Under the pieces are notes generated by a model, which saw only the letters and a program-made list of their open reading frames with translations, made no database searches and had not been told where the DNA came from. This document shows positions 9,009 to 17,076 of a stretch of DNA of 55,882 bases, in pieces. Numbering within the stretch: position 1 is the first letter of the stretch; the number at the start of each line of letters is the position of its first letter. Both the position numbers and the translations under genes were made by a program. This DNA is from a virus, in IMG/VR virus record IMGVR_UViG_3300045988_066911, positions 1 through 55,882 of that record; one strand, given 5' to 3'.

Positions 9009-9254
9009 ATGAGATTGATTGATGCTGATGAATTGAAGAACATATTGACAGTTGCCGAATATCCTTGTGTGTTGCAGACTGCGTTGGTCGGAATTATTGA
9101 AAGCCAGCCTACCGCCTATGACATTGACAAAGTAGTAGGGCAACTAAAGAAAGTCTCATACGAACGATTCGGGAATACCGGCATGGGCGGAGAGATTGTA
9201 GTTAATTTGGATGATGCGATCGAGATTGTAAAGGAAGGTGGCAAAGATGAATGA
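9009..9254 (+). CDS. hypothetical protein
   Basis: GGAG lies 8 nt upstream of ATG 9009; MRLIDADEL start. Confidence 0.5.
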   Translation: MRLIDADELKNILTVAEYPCVLQTALVGIIESQPTAYDIDKVVGQLKKVSYERFGNTGMGGEIVVNLDDAIEIVKEGGKDE

Positions 9255-9537
9255 TTTAATTACTCGAAAATCTATAATGAGACTTTTGCGCGACTTACGT
9301 ATTGATAATATGCAAGTCAATGGCAAAAGCATTTTGACGCATATAAGAGAAATTCCAACAGCAATCAACGTAAATCGAGTAATCGGAAATTTGAACGCAG
9401 AAGCAGATATATCCTGTGAAAACTTTGATAAATACGCAAGAGAAGTTGCTATTTCCGAAAATGAAAATACGTTTTCAGCAGGACTCATCAGGGCGGTAGA
9501 AATTATAAGGGAGTGTGAATCAGATGGGAATGGTTGA
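9247..9537 (+). CDS. hypothetical protein
   Basis: AAGGAAGG RBS 8 nt upstream of ATG 9247. Confidence 0.5.
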   Translation: MNDLITRKSIMRLLRDLRIDNMQVNGKSILTHIREIPTAINVNRVIGNLNAEADISCENFDKYAREVAISENENTFSAGLIRAVEIIRECESDGNG

Positions 9538-10267
9538 TGAACTACGAAGGATGCGAGTAGAAAGCGCAAACAGGAATTTCAAGCCGGATTATAAATGCCC
9601 CATCTGCAAAGACACACACATTGTAATTGTCAAGGATGCAGATGGTAGGACGGTAGCAAGAGATTGTGATTGCATGGCAAAAACCGTATATCGTAGATTG
9701 ATGCGTGCAAGCGGAATTGATGCGGAAGATGTGAATGTCAGATTTAATGATTTTCAGACATTTAACGAACAGGAATTACAGATTGCGAAAGCAACCGCTG
9801 CTAAGTATTGCAAGGATTTACCGATGCAACGATACCAGAAAAATAACAGTTTGTTGCTTGCAGGACTTCCGGGAAGAGGAAAGACAATGTTGGGTTTTTG
9901 CGTTGCCAACCAGCTTATCAAGAATGGCACACCTGTTCAGTATGTGAGCTACCGGGATGCAATTACACGTTTGAAACAGAATATTACAGATAACGTGGAA
10001 TATTCAGAAGAGATAAACCGCATGAAGAATGTGAGTGTTCTGTTCATTGACGATTTATTCAAGGGTAGAAGCACAGACAGCGATAAAAATATCATGTACG
10101 AGCTTATCAATCACAGATACTTGAAGCGGTTACCTATGATCGTTTCGACAGAGAAATATCCGAAGGATTTACTTGCTGTGGATGAAGCAATCGGTAGCAG
10201 AATCATTGAGATGTCTAAGGGGTATGTGGTTGAGTTCAAAGAAAGTGGCAATTACAGATTGAGGTAG
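9524..10267 (+). CDS. DnaC/IstB-like AAA+ helicase loader
   Basis: Walker A (GLPGRGKT) and Walker B (VLFIDDL); N-terminal CxxC...CxC zinc module. Confidence 0.75.
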   Translation: MGMVDELRRMRVESANRNFKPDYKCPICKDTHIVIVKDADGRTVARDCDCMAKTVYRRLMRASGIDAEDVNVRFNDFQTFNEQELQIAKATAAKYCKDLPMQRYQKNNSLLLAGLPGRGKTMLGFCVANQLIKNGTPVQYVSYRDAITRLKQNITDNVEYSEEINRMKNVSVLFIDDLFKGRSTDSDKNIMYELINHRYLKRLPMIVSTEKYPKDLLAVDEAIGSRIIEMSKGYVVEFKESGNYRLR

Positions 10268-10303
10268 TATTTATGGATGATGATTAAGAAAGGAGTTTTG
10301 AAG

Positions 10304-10540
10304 ATGGCGAGAAAAAAAGGATTTGGAGTAAGCCCAATCACAAACAAAATTTTTTATGGAACGCAAGACACAGAAAAACAGATGTGGGTTGGCGATAAAA
10401 CAGATGTTACAAATGATGTTATAGCTGCTGTATATGAATGGTTTATGGGTAACATGGAAGATGAACACGGAAAGCGTACAGAGTATCGAATCACATACCC
10501 GGATACCGATTATGAATTAGTTATGCGGAAGAAAGAGTAA
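10304..10540 (+). CDS. hypothetical protein
   Basis: AGGAG lies 8 nt upstream of ATG 10304. Confidence 0.55.
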   Translation: MARKKGFGVSPITNKIFYGTQDTEKQMWVGDKTDVTNDVIAAVYEWFMGNMEDEHGKRTEYRITYPDTDYELVMRKKE

Positions 10541-10564
10541 AAATTCAGAGAAAGGAGGCAGATA

Positions 10565-10595
10565 GATTTGTCCGGACATAAATCGCGATTTGCTA
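10565..10595. promoter_or_regulatory. composite dyad element, copy 2 (GATTT-GTCCGGAC-AT-AAATC-GC-GATTT)
   Basis: TTGTCCGGACA at 10568-10578. The flanks GATTT and AAATC are complementary. AAATCGCGATTT at 10580-10591 is a perfect palindrome. Confidence 0.6.
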
Positions 10596-10607
10596 TCCTT
10601 AAAAACT

Positions 10608-11057
10608 ATGAGTAGTACATATCATAAAAATATTGCAGAGGGAAGATGCGGCCAATGTGGGAAAATCAATGATCGTCCCAATAAAGCAGTGTGTTCTGAA
10701 TGTGCAAAAAAAGACGTTATATATCAAACGGAGACACGAAATTGGTATAGAAATCATGGATATTGCCCTCAATGTAAAAAAAATAAGCTCATGGGGCAAG
10801 AAAAAACATGCGTTGAATGCAGAGCAAAGAATGCAGAAAAAGCAGAATTAAAAAGAGAATTAGATAGGGAATCGTATAACAATTCTATATCTTCCTATCA
10901 TAAATCTATTTATGACAGGAGAAAAGAACAGGGTTTATGCCCTGTTTGTGGTAAAACAAATAAAGAAAAAAGATACGTTACATGTAATAATTGCCGGAAT
11001 AAAAAGAACAGCAGGACAAAACCTAAAACATTAAGAGATGAAAGAGAGAAAGGCTGA
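10608..11057 (+). CDS. modular zinc-ribbon protein (three CxxC...CxxC modules) ending at an in-frame TGA
   Basis: Repeated modules CGQCGK..CSEC, CPQCKK..CVEC and CPVCGK..CNNC. No SD sequence. ATG lies 30 nt after the dyad element. Confidence 0.6.
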   Translation: MSSTYHKNIAEGRCGQCGKINDRPNKAVCSECAKKDVIYQTETRNWYRNHGYCPQCKKNKLMGQEKTCVECRAKNAEKAELKRELDRESYNNSISSYHKSIYDRRKEQGLCPVCGKTNKEKRYVTCNNCRNKKNSRTKPKTLRDEREKG

Positions 11058-11198
11058 TTGTGCATTTGGTGCGACCGACCTGTTAAAGACGGATATAAAA
11101 TTTGCGAAATTCACTATCAGATGAATTGCGAAAAAGCAAAGAAAGCAAACAGAGACTATCTAAGAAAGAGTAACAAGGCATTATTTATTAAATATTAA
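11058..11198 (+). other. in-frame continuation after TGA 11055-11057, encoding a fourth zinc-ribbon-like module
   Basis: Same frame reads LCIWCDRPVKDGYKICEIHYQMNCEKAKKANRDYLRKSNKALFIKY and stops at 11196-11198, directly before the next gene's RBS. It could be readthrough, a nonsense-split gene, or a separate TTG-initiated 46-aa ORF. Confidence 0.45.
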
Positions 11199-11212
11199 AG
11201 GAGAAATGGCTT

Positions 11213-11434
11213 ATGAAGTTTAGTAGACTTACTAAGCCGGAAATTGAGGGGATTCTTACTAAAGCAAACTTTACGGACGAAGAAGAACAGATTTTTAGAA
11301 TGTTGTGTCGGGGAAGCACAATATCGGAAATAGCATATAGGATGTCTATATGCGACAGGACAGTAAACAGGAAAATTAGTTGCATACGAGACAAGATATC
11401 TCGTGTTGAAGGAGATGGTGATAAATGGTTATAG
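11213..11434 (+). CDS. sigma-70 region-4 / LuxR-type HTH transcriptional regulator (single domain)
   Basis: FTDEEEQIFRMLCRGSTISEIAYRMSICDRTVNRKISCIRDKI matches the region-4 HTH pattern; AGGAG RBS. Confidence 0.55.
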   Translation: MKFSRLTKPEIEGILTKANFTDEEEQIFRMLCRGSTISEIAYRMSICDRTVNRKISCIRDKISRVEGDGDKWL

Positions 11435-11526
11435 TAACCATCGAGGGTAAGGAGATTGATGTTGAAAATATTGAATTGCCAGATGAAGTGTTAAGGATGA
11501 TTGCAGAAGCGATTGACAGTAAATAA
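11425..11526 (+). CDS. hypothetical 33-aa protein
   Basis: ATG overlaps the end of the upstream gene; read manually; weak. Confidence 0.3.
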   Translation: MVIVTIEGKEIDVENIELPDEVLRMIAEAIDSK

Positions 11527-11536
11527 AGAATGAACT

Positions 11537-11573
11537 AAAATGTGTCGCAAGTGTAGTAATGCGGCACATTTTT
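11537..11573 (+). terminator. intrinsic terminator (13-bp stem with A-tract/T-tract arms, possibly bidirectional)
   Basis: AAAATGTGTCGCA-10 nt loop-TGCGGCACATTTT, followed by T. Confidence 0.65.
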
Positions 11574-11590
11574 GATAGGAGGTATAAAAA

Positions 11591-12955
11591 ATGGAATGTG
11601 TTGCATACATGCGTGTCTCGACAGAAAAACAGGCAGAAGAAGGAAACGGACTTGAAAGCCAAAAGCGAGACATAGAATTGTATTGTAGAAAAAACGAATT
11701 GATTATTTCTGATTGGTACATTGATGACGGATATACCGGTGCTAATATGAATAGGCCGGAGTTGCAAAGGCTAATAAACGATTGCGGCAGAAAACGTGTG
11801 AAATGTGTTGTCGCATTCAAACTTGATAGATTGTCAAGAAGTATGGTTGACGGAATATACATGATTGAAAGAGTTTTTCAACCCAACAACGTGCAATTTA
11901 AGTGCGTTCACGATTCAATATCTTATGACAGTCCGATGGAGCAGGCATATACTCAAATGATGGCTGTATTTGCACAGCTTGATAAGAATACTATGATGCT
12001 TCGTATGCGTGGAGGAATGCTGGAACGTGTCAAACAAGGGTATTGGATGGGTGGAGGGAATACGCCTTATTGTTATACATACAGCAAAGAAAAAGGCATA
12101 TTGATACCAATTCCGGAACGAGCAGAACAAGCGAACAAGGCTATTGATTTGTTTATCGCCGGAAATTCCGATGTAGCGATTCAAAGAATTTTAGGATATA
12201 CAAGCGAATTGGTTGTAAGAAGCATATTGACAGGTGTTGTAAACATAGGGATGATTCCGTATAAAGGGAACATATACCAAGGACTTCACGAACCTATTTT
12301 TGATAAAGATAAGTTTGAGATGGCACAGCAAATAAGAAAATCAAGAAGAAGCAAAAAATCTTATTGCCAAAACCTTACTCCCAATATGCTTACAGGTCTG
12401 TGCTATTGTGGAGTTTGCGGTTGCAAGATGCGTTATCAAAAATGGACGAATGGAGTTAGAAAGATTTATTGCTGCTCACGGAATAAGGATTTGTACTATC
12501 TTCCGAACTTTAACAACGATTGCGATAACTCTATAGAATGGGCGGATAATATCGAGAATATTGTTGAATCGGAAATGTTGAAAATATCTGTAAATCTGTC
12601 AAAATATAAGCCAAAAGAAAAAGAAAACAAGATAGACATAATGCAGTCGCAGTTAGATAAGGAAAAATCAAAATTGAAACGGCTGTATGAATTATACGCC
12701 GACGGAAACGATACAGTCTTAGATATGATAAAAGATCAGGAATCAAAAGTAAAAAACCTCGACGATTCAATCAAGGAAGAACAAAAGTCCGGAGACAACA
12801 ATCCGAAAAAGCAATTTGTTTACGAGAATATTAAAAAACTTGCCGATGTTTGGGACGACATCGACAAGCCAGCTAAAAACAAGATATTAAAGACTATAAT
12901 AGACAAGATAATTATAGTCAACGGAAATGTGGAAATTCAATTAAAGAATTTTTAG
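11591..12955 (+). CDS. large serine recombinase (phage integrase)
   Basis: N-terminal resolvase catalytic domain (AYMRVSTEKQ...LDRLSRS), recombinase domain, zinc-ribbon CxxC...C and C-terminal coiled coil; 454 aa. Confidence 0.9.
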   Translation: MECVAYMRVSTEKQAEEGNGLESQKRDIELYCRKNELIISDWYIDDGYTGANMNRPELQRLINDCGRKRVKCVVAFKLDRLSRSMVDGIYMIERVFQPNNVQFKCVHDSISYDSPMEQAYTQMMAVFAQLDKNTMMLRMRGGMLERVKQGYWMGGGNTPYCYTYSKEKGILIPIPERAEQANKAIDLFIAGNSDVAIQRILGYTSELVVRSILTGVVNIGMIPYKGNIYQGLHEPIFDKDKFEMAQQIRKSRRSKKSYCQNLTPNMLTGLCYCGVCGCKMRYQKWTNGVRKIYCCSRNKDLYYLPNFNNDCDNSIEWADNIENIVESEMLKISVNLSKYKPKEKENKIDIMQSQLDKEKSKLKRLYELYADGNDTVLDMIKDQESKVKNLDDSIKEEQKSGDNNPKKQFVYENIKKLADVWDDIDKPAKNKILKTIIDKIIIVNGNVEIQLKNF

Positions 12956-13120
12956 CACCTACTATACGCCGTGGGTATGGCATATAGTACGTTCTGATAC
13001 GCCGTATTTACTACACTTTTTAATATAATAATTTATTTCGATGTCGCTAAAGTGTCATATATTTGTCGCTTTAAGCGTCTTTTTTTATGCAAAAATTAAA
13101 TCATAAAGGAGTGATACTTT

Positions 13121-13282
13121 ATGTTTACGGACGAGATTTTAACAAAAATATTTGCGCATCCAGCAATTATGAAGCTGGACTTAAATACACAATCGGCGGT
13201 CGTTCACGCGATCGAAAACATTATGGACGAGGAGGAAAAGCAAAATGCAGATGAATCCGTATCAGATGCCACAGGTGAATAG
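13121..13282 (+). CDS. hypothetical 53-aa protein
   Basis: AAAGGAG RBS 6-7 nt upstream; read manually; overlaps the next gene by 38 nt. Confidence 0.4.
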   Translation: MFTDEILTKIFAHPAIMKLDLNTQSAVVHAIENIMDEEEKQNADESVSDATGE

Positions 13283-13730
13283 TTATGCGCCACAGTATCA
13301 ACAATATCAACAGGCGTATAACCCTATGCAGAACATTCAGAGATTCCAGCAACAGCAACAGCCGGAGCAGATTCAACAGGGAATATTCGGTAAAGTCGTG
13401 CAGTCACAAGATTCTATCGTTGCCAATGATGTTCCGATGAATGGAAGCGTTGCATTTTTCCCAAAGAGTGACTTGTCGGAGATTTACGCGAAGCAATGGA
13501 GCGCAGATGGAACAATCTCTACAATGGTTTTTAAACCGATTCAAAATGATAACCCTAACAAGTTATCACAAGATACAGAAAAATTGAAAATAGGGCTATC
13601 AGACGAAGCCACAGAGATATTTAACAAGCACTTTGACACATTGTTTTCGAAGATGGAAGAACTTGAAAAGAAAATTGACGAGAAATCTTTGACTAAGACT
13701 AATGCAAGAACAAAAGTTAGTCAAGATTAG
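13245..13730 (+). CDS. Gln-rich low-complexity protein
   Basis: GAGGAGG RBS. The N-terminal 45 aa are dominated by Q/Y/P/N (QYQQYQQAYNPMQNIQRFQQQQQPEQIQQ). Confidence 0.6.
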   Translation: MQMNPYQMPQVNSYAPQYQQYQQAYNPMQNIQRFQQQQQPEQIQQGIFGKVVQSQDSIVANDVPMNGSVAFFPKSDLSEIYAKQWSADGTISTMVFKPIQNDNPNKLSQDTEKLKIGLSDEATEIFNKHFDTLFSKMEELEKKIDEKSLTKTNARTKVSQD

Positions 13731-13780
13731 TCCAAGTTTAGTCATAGATTAGTCATAAAAAGTAATAGGATGGTGGTTTT

Positions 13781-14011
13781 ATGATGAATCAAGGAATTAT
13801 GCAGGCAATAAATAAATTAAAAGCAATCAAAAATCCGCAACAGGCGGCTATGCAAAGCCTTCAAAATGCGGCAAGTCAAGGAAACCAGATGGCAAGTAGC
13901 ATTTTGCAAAATATTCAATCCGGCAATATGGCTGGAGTGGAGCAAACGCTTAATAACTTTATGGGCGAAAATGGAATCAGCATGAACGACATAAATCAAA
14001 TGTTTAGATAA
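13781..14011 (+). CDS. Gln/Asn/Met-rich small protein
   Basis: 76-aa ORF; GGTGG upstream. Confidence 0.55.
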   Translation: MMNQGIMQAINKLKAIKNPQQAAMQSLQNAASQGNQMASSILQNIQSGNMAGVEQTLNNFMGENGISMNDINQMFR

Positions 14012-14026
14012 ATCTAGTACATATTA

Positions 14027-14060
14027 GGGTTTTGTCCGGACAGAGTAAAAACCAAGGTTC
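14027..14060. promoter_or_regulatory. composite dyad element, copy 3 (GGTTTT-GTCCGGAC-AGAGTA-AAAACC-AA-GGTT)
   Basis: TTGTCCGGACA at 14031-14041. The flanks GGTTTT and AAAACC are complementary. An AACCAAGGTT dyad follows. Confidence 0.6.
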
Positions 14061-14095
14061 CCTATTTGTAAATAAACAAATGGAGGTAAACTAAT

Positions 14096-14911
14096 ATGTT
14101 TAGTAACGGAGTAAGCCTTGCCGACATTGCGGCAGTAACAGGCAACAACAGAGACAATGATGGTATGTGGGGCAATGGCGCATGGTGGATTGTCATTCTT
14201 CTTATCTTCGGTTGGGGCGGTTTTGGCAACAACGGATGGGGAAATGGAAATGGAATGGGTTCTACAGCCGCCGCTTATACAGACAGCGCAATTCAGCGTG
14301 GATTCGACAATCAGGCGGTAATTTCAAAGCTTGACGGAATCACAAACGGTCTGTGCGATGGATTCTATGCTGTAAACAACAGTATGCTTACAGGATTTAA
14401 CGGAATCAACACTAATATCATGCAGACAGGCTATGGAATCCAGCAGGCAATCAACGCTGACACAATCGCAAATATGCAGAACACAAATGCATTGCAGGCA
14501 CAGCTTGCAAACTGTTGCTGTGAAACTCGTGAAGCTATTCAGGGCGTTAACTACAATATGGCAACCAACACTTGCGCATTGCAGAACACAATGAATAGCA
14601 ACACAAGAGACATCATCGACAGCCAGCAGGCAGGCACAAGAGCGATTCTCGACTATCTGTGCCAGGATAAGATTGCAACATTACAGGCTGAGAACAGCGA
14701 TCTTAGACAAGCTGCTTCGCAGGATAGACAGAATGCACTTCTGACTACTGCAATGACAGCACAGACAAGCCAAATTCTTAACGCTGTAAGACCGACACCG
14801 GTCCCGGCTTATCCGGCCGCTTCGCCTTATGGACTTGGTAACTGGTCTCCGCAGGTGTTGGCAAATGGCTATAACACAGGTTGTTGCTGCAATACAGGTT
14901 GCGGATGCTAA
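14096..14911 (+). CDS. membrane-anchored Gly/Trp/Asn-rich, Gln/Asn-rich protein with Cys clusters
   Basis: GGAGG RBS. Contains a hydrophobic segment (AWWIVILLIFGWGGF), CCCETREA, and the C-terminal NTGCCCNTGCGC. Confidence 0.7.
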   Translation: MFSNGVSLADIAAVTGNNRDNDGMWGNGAWWIVILLIFGWGGFGNNGWGNGNGMGSTAAAYTDSAIQRGFDNQAVISKLDGITNGLCDGFYAVNNSMLTGFNGINTNIMQTGYGIQQAINADTIANMQNTNALQAQLANCCCETREAIQGVNYNMATNTCALQNTMNSNTRDIIDSQQAGTRAILDYLCQDKIATLQAENSDLRQAASQDRQNALLTTAMTAQTSQILNAVRPTPVPAYPAASPYGLGNWSPQVLANGYNTGCCCNTGCGC

Positions 14912-14985
14912 TTACAACAAAATAATTGAGTATCTTAATCGAGTTTAACTCGATTATGTCTGCTATGCAGTATTACTTATAAACC

Positions 14986-15017
14986 AAGGGCAGACTATAA
15001 TGTTTGCCCTTTATTTT
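14986..15017 (+). terminator. intrinsic terminator
   Basis: AAGGGCA-12 nt-TGCCCTT followed by TATTTTAT. An 8-bp hairpin (AATCGAGT/ACTCGATT) at 14937-14955 precedes it. Confidence 0.55.
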
Positions 15018-15039
15018 ATGGATAGGAAGGTATAACAAC

Positions 15040-15252
15040 ATGGACGAAATCAAAGAGAAATTTATCGAAGCGATCAAGAAGATTGATTTTGATAAACTTA
15101 GTGTAAATGAGCTTAAAACGGTTTCTGAAATAACAGAAACAATGGATAAACTTTCAAGAAAAGACTATATGGAAACCTTGGTTGAAACCCTTAGATCGGA
15201 TAATAGTGGTTTTGCAGTCAATGTTCCAAAATCAATAAGCGAATTGAAGTAA
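15040..15252 (+). CDS. hypothetical protein
   Basis: AGGAAGG RBS 9 nt upstream of ATG 15040, preferred over track start 15004. Confidence 0.55.
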   Translation: MDEIKEKFIEAIKKIDFDKLSVNELKTVSEITETMDKLSRKDYMETLVETLRSDNSGFAVNVPKSISELK

Positions 15253-15266
15253 GGAGGAATATTATT

Positions 15267-15689
15267 ATGGCAGAATTTACAGGAATTGCATTACAAACAG
15301 TTGCCGCCGGAGAAGATGTCGCTTTTACAGAAACACCGGTATGTGGTAGCAAGTGCATTGTTCATAGACAGGGAAGCGGCATTGTCAAGTTGAGAGGAAT
15401 CACAAATCAATGCAGAGCAAGATTCCTTGCATCGTATTCCGGAAACATTCAGATTCCGACTGGTGGTACAGTTGAAGCTATCTCACTTGCGCTTGCGGTA
15501 GATGGCGAGCCTTTGCAATCAACAAGAATGGTTGTAACCCCGGCAGCGGTTGAAAATTTATTTAATGTTTCGGCGCAAGCATATATCGACGTTCCTTGCG
15601 GATGTTGCAGTACGGTAGCGGTGCAAAATACATCTACACAGGCTATTGAGGTTCAGAACAGTAATTTAATTGTTGTTCGTGAAGCGTAG
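15267..15689 (+). CDS. beta-rich protein, possibly C1q/TNF-like (BclA C-terminal-domain-like)
   Basis: AAGGAGG RBS. Alternating hydrophobic pattern and length resemble BclA-type C-terminal domains. This is by-eye pattern recognition only. Confidence 0.3.
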   Translation: MAEFTGIALQTVAAGEDVAFTETPVCGSKCIVHRQGSGIVKLRGITNQCRARFLASYSGNIQIPTGGTVEAISLALAVDGEPLQSTRMVVTPAAVENLFNVSAQAYIDVPCGCCSTVAVQNTSTQAIEVQNSNLIVVREA

Positions 15690-15701
15690 GAGGTGATCTG
15701 T

Positions 15702-16343
15702 ATGCATGAGTTTGCAAAGAAAATTATGGAATGCGTAAAAACGAACGCTGAATCTATCGGTCTTGACAATTTCAGCGGTCAAAGCCTTGACGACTTAAAG
15801 GATTGGACGGAGATTGCAAAAAACATTGTCTGCTATGACAAAGACTACAAAATTGTGGAAGCAATGAAAAAGTCAGAAGATAATGAGGATATTATGCGTA
15901 TGCTTGAACAGTACGAAGATTATCCGGAACGCAGATTCTACGATCACTATAGATATGCAGATGGAAGATTCGCACCGAAAGGACGTGGAACGTATCAGCG
16001 TGGGTATAGTGAGCCGTATTACCACATGACACCGGAAATGTATCGTGATATGGATAGAGATTCGCGTGGCAGAATGTATTACACGGAAACAAACATGAAC
16101 GATGGTGGAACAAGTAATTCGCGCATGAGCGAGAGTAATTACGACCGCGCAAAACGTAATTACACGGAAACAAAAGAAATGCACCGCGCAAATACGCCAC
16201 AGGACAAGGAAGCAAAGATGCGTGAGCTTGAAAAGTACATGAAGGAGCTTTCGGCAGACATTACAGATTTAATGTCCGGTATGTCACAGGAAGAAATGAA
16301 CATGGCAAAGTCAAAACTTACGACACTTGTAAGCAAGATGTAA
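15702..16343 (+). CDS. Tyr/Arg/Asp/Met-rich low-complexity protein
   Basis: TAGGAGG RBS 8 nt upstream of ATG 15702. Central segment reads RFYDHYRYADGRFAPKGRGTYQRGYSEPYYHMTPEMYRDMDRDSRGRMYY. Confidence 0.6.
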   Translation: MHEFAKKIMECVKTNAESIGLDNFSGQSLDDLKDWTEIAKNIVCYDKDYKIVEAMKKSEDNEDIMRMLEQYEDYPERRFYDHYRYADGRFAPKGRGTYQRGYSEPYYHMTPEMYRDMDRDSRGRMYYTETNMNDGGTSNSRMSESNYDRAKRNYTETKEMHRANTPQDKEAKMRELEKYMKELSADITDLMSGMSQEEMNMAKSKLTTLVSKM

Positions 16344-16396
16344 TTTACACAACAGGCTATGGGTGTAATGCTCATAGCCTTATTTGAGGTATAAAC

Positions 16397-16723
16397 ATGG
16401 TATTTACAATCAATGGGGAAAATTGGATATTGCAATTTGTACGTCCGAATAGTGAAAAATTGTGCCGGTCGGATGGCGTATATACGTTGGGCGTTACCGA
16501 CAATAATACCAAGACGGTTAGCATTGCAAGAGGTATGTCTGATTATATGACAAACAAGGTGCTTTGCCATGAATTAGTGCATTGCTATTCGTTCTCTTAT
16601 GATTGCCATATTGATATGCCGACAGAAGAGATAATCGCTGATTTTATGTCGCTGTATGGCAGAGATATTATATACCTTGCTGATGATATTTTACAAAATG
16701 TATTGGAGATAAGATATGGATAA
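16397..16723 (+). CDS. putative zinc metallopeptidase (HExxH)
   Basis: HELVH motif in a small protein with a W.L.FV N-terminus, typical of phage SprT/ImmA-like peptidase folds. Confidence 0.5.
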   Translation: MVFTINGENWILQFVRPNSEKLCRSDGVYTLGVTDNNTKTVSIARGMSDYMTNKVLCHELVHCYSFSYDCHIDMPTEEIIADFMSLYGRDIIYLADDILQNVLEIRYG

Positions 16724-16871
16724 AATAGATGAAATGCTTAAATATGTTCGCCGGACAAACCCGGAAATGACACGTGATAAGTTGATAGAAGAGTTGGGAA
16801 AATGCGATTATTCTGCAAAATCTTTAATATTTGGATTTCAAAATGTGTCGGATGGGTCTGCGAGAATTTAA
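16716..16871 (+). CDS. hypothetical 51-aa protein
   Basis: ATG overlaps the upstream stop; read manually. Confidence 0.4.
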   Translation: MDKIDEMLKYVRRTNPEMTRDKLIEELGKCDYSAKSLIFGFQNVSDGSARI

Positions 16872-17075
16872 TATCCCCCTATGTTATAGGAAATTGCCAC
16901 GACCAAAGAAAAATAATTTTCAGAATTTTTTCAAAAAAATTTCGATTTTCTAAATTTTAGTCCAGCAGAATTTGAACGCCCCTATGTTTCCTAAATATTC
17001 CCACGACCATCAAAAAATTTTTTCACAGATTTTGGCCGGAAATTTCACGATTTCACAATTTCAATGCCTGTTTTT
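16872..17075. repeat. two tandem imperfect direct repeats of about 105 bp
   Basis: CCCCTATGTT..CCACGACCA..AAAA..TTTTCA..GA..TTTT...AAATTTC.CGATTT occurs at about 16873-16960 and again at about 16979-17072. The tract is AT-rich and has no ORF. Confidence 0.8.
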
Positions 17076-17076
17076 T

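Noticed and set aside
9735-9947. 70-aa alternate-frame ORF inside the DnaC-like gene, and similar same-strand internal ORFs (1847..2128, 10633..10851, 33770..34069, 46138..46716).
   Set aside because: They are embedded out of frame in strongly supported genes, with no RBS and low-complexity or basic products typical of off-frame translation.
11055-11100. Selenocysteine insertion at TGA 11055.
   Set aside because: No SECIS-like hairpin lies immediately downstream, no tRNA-Sec-like gene (8-bp acceptor, UCA anticodon) is in the RNA locus, and the codon lies between modules rather than at a Cys position of the CxxC motif.
16872-17075. CRISPR array or mini-array.
   Set aside because: There are only two long (about 105 bp), imperfect, directly abutting copies. 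There are no short repeat/spacer alternations and no cas genes.
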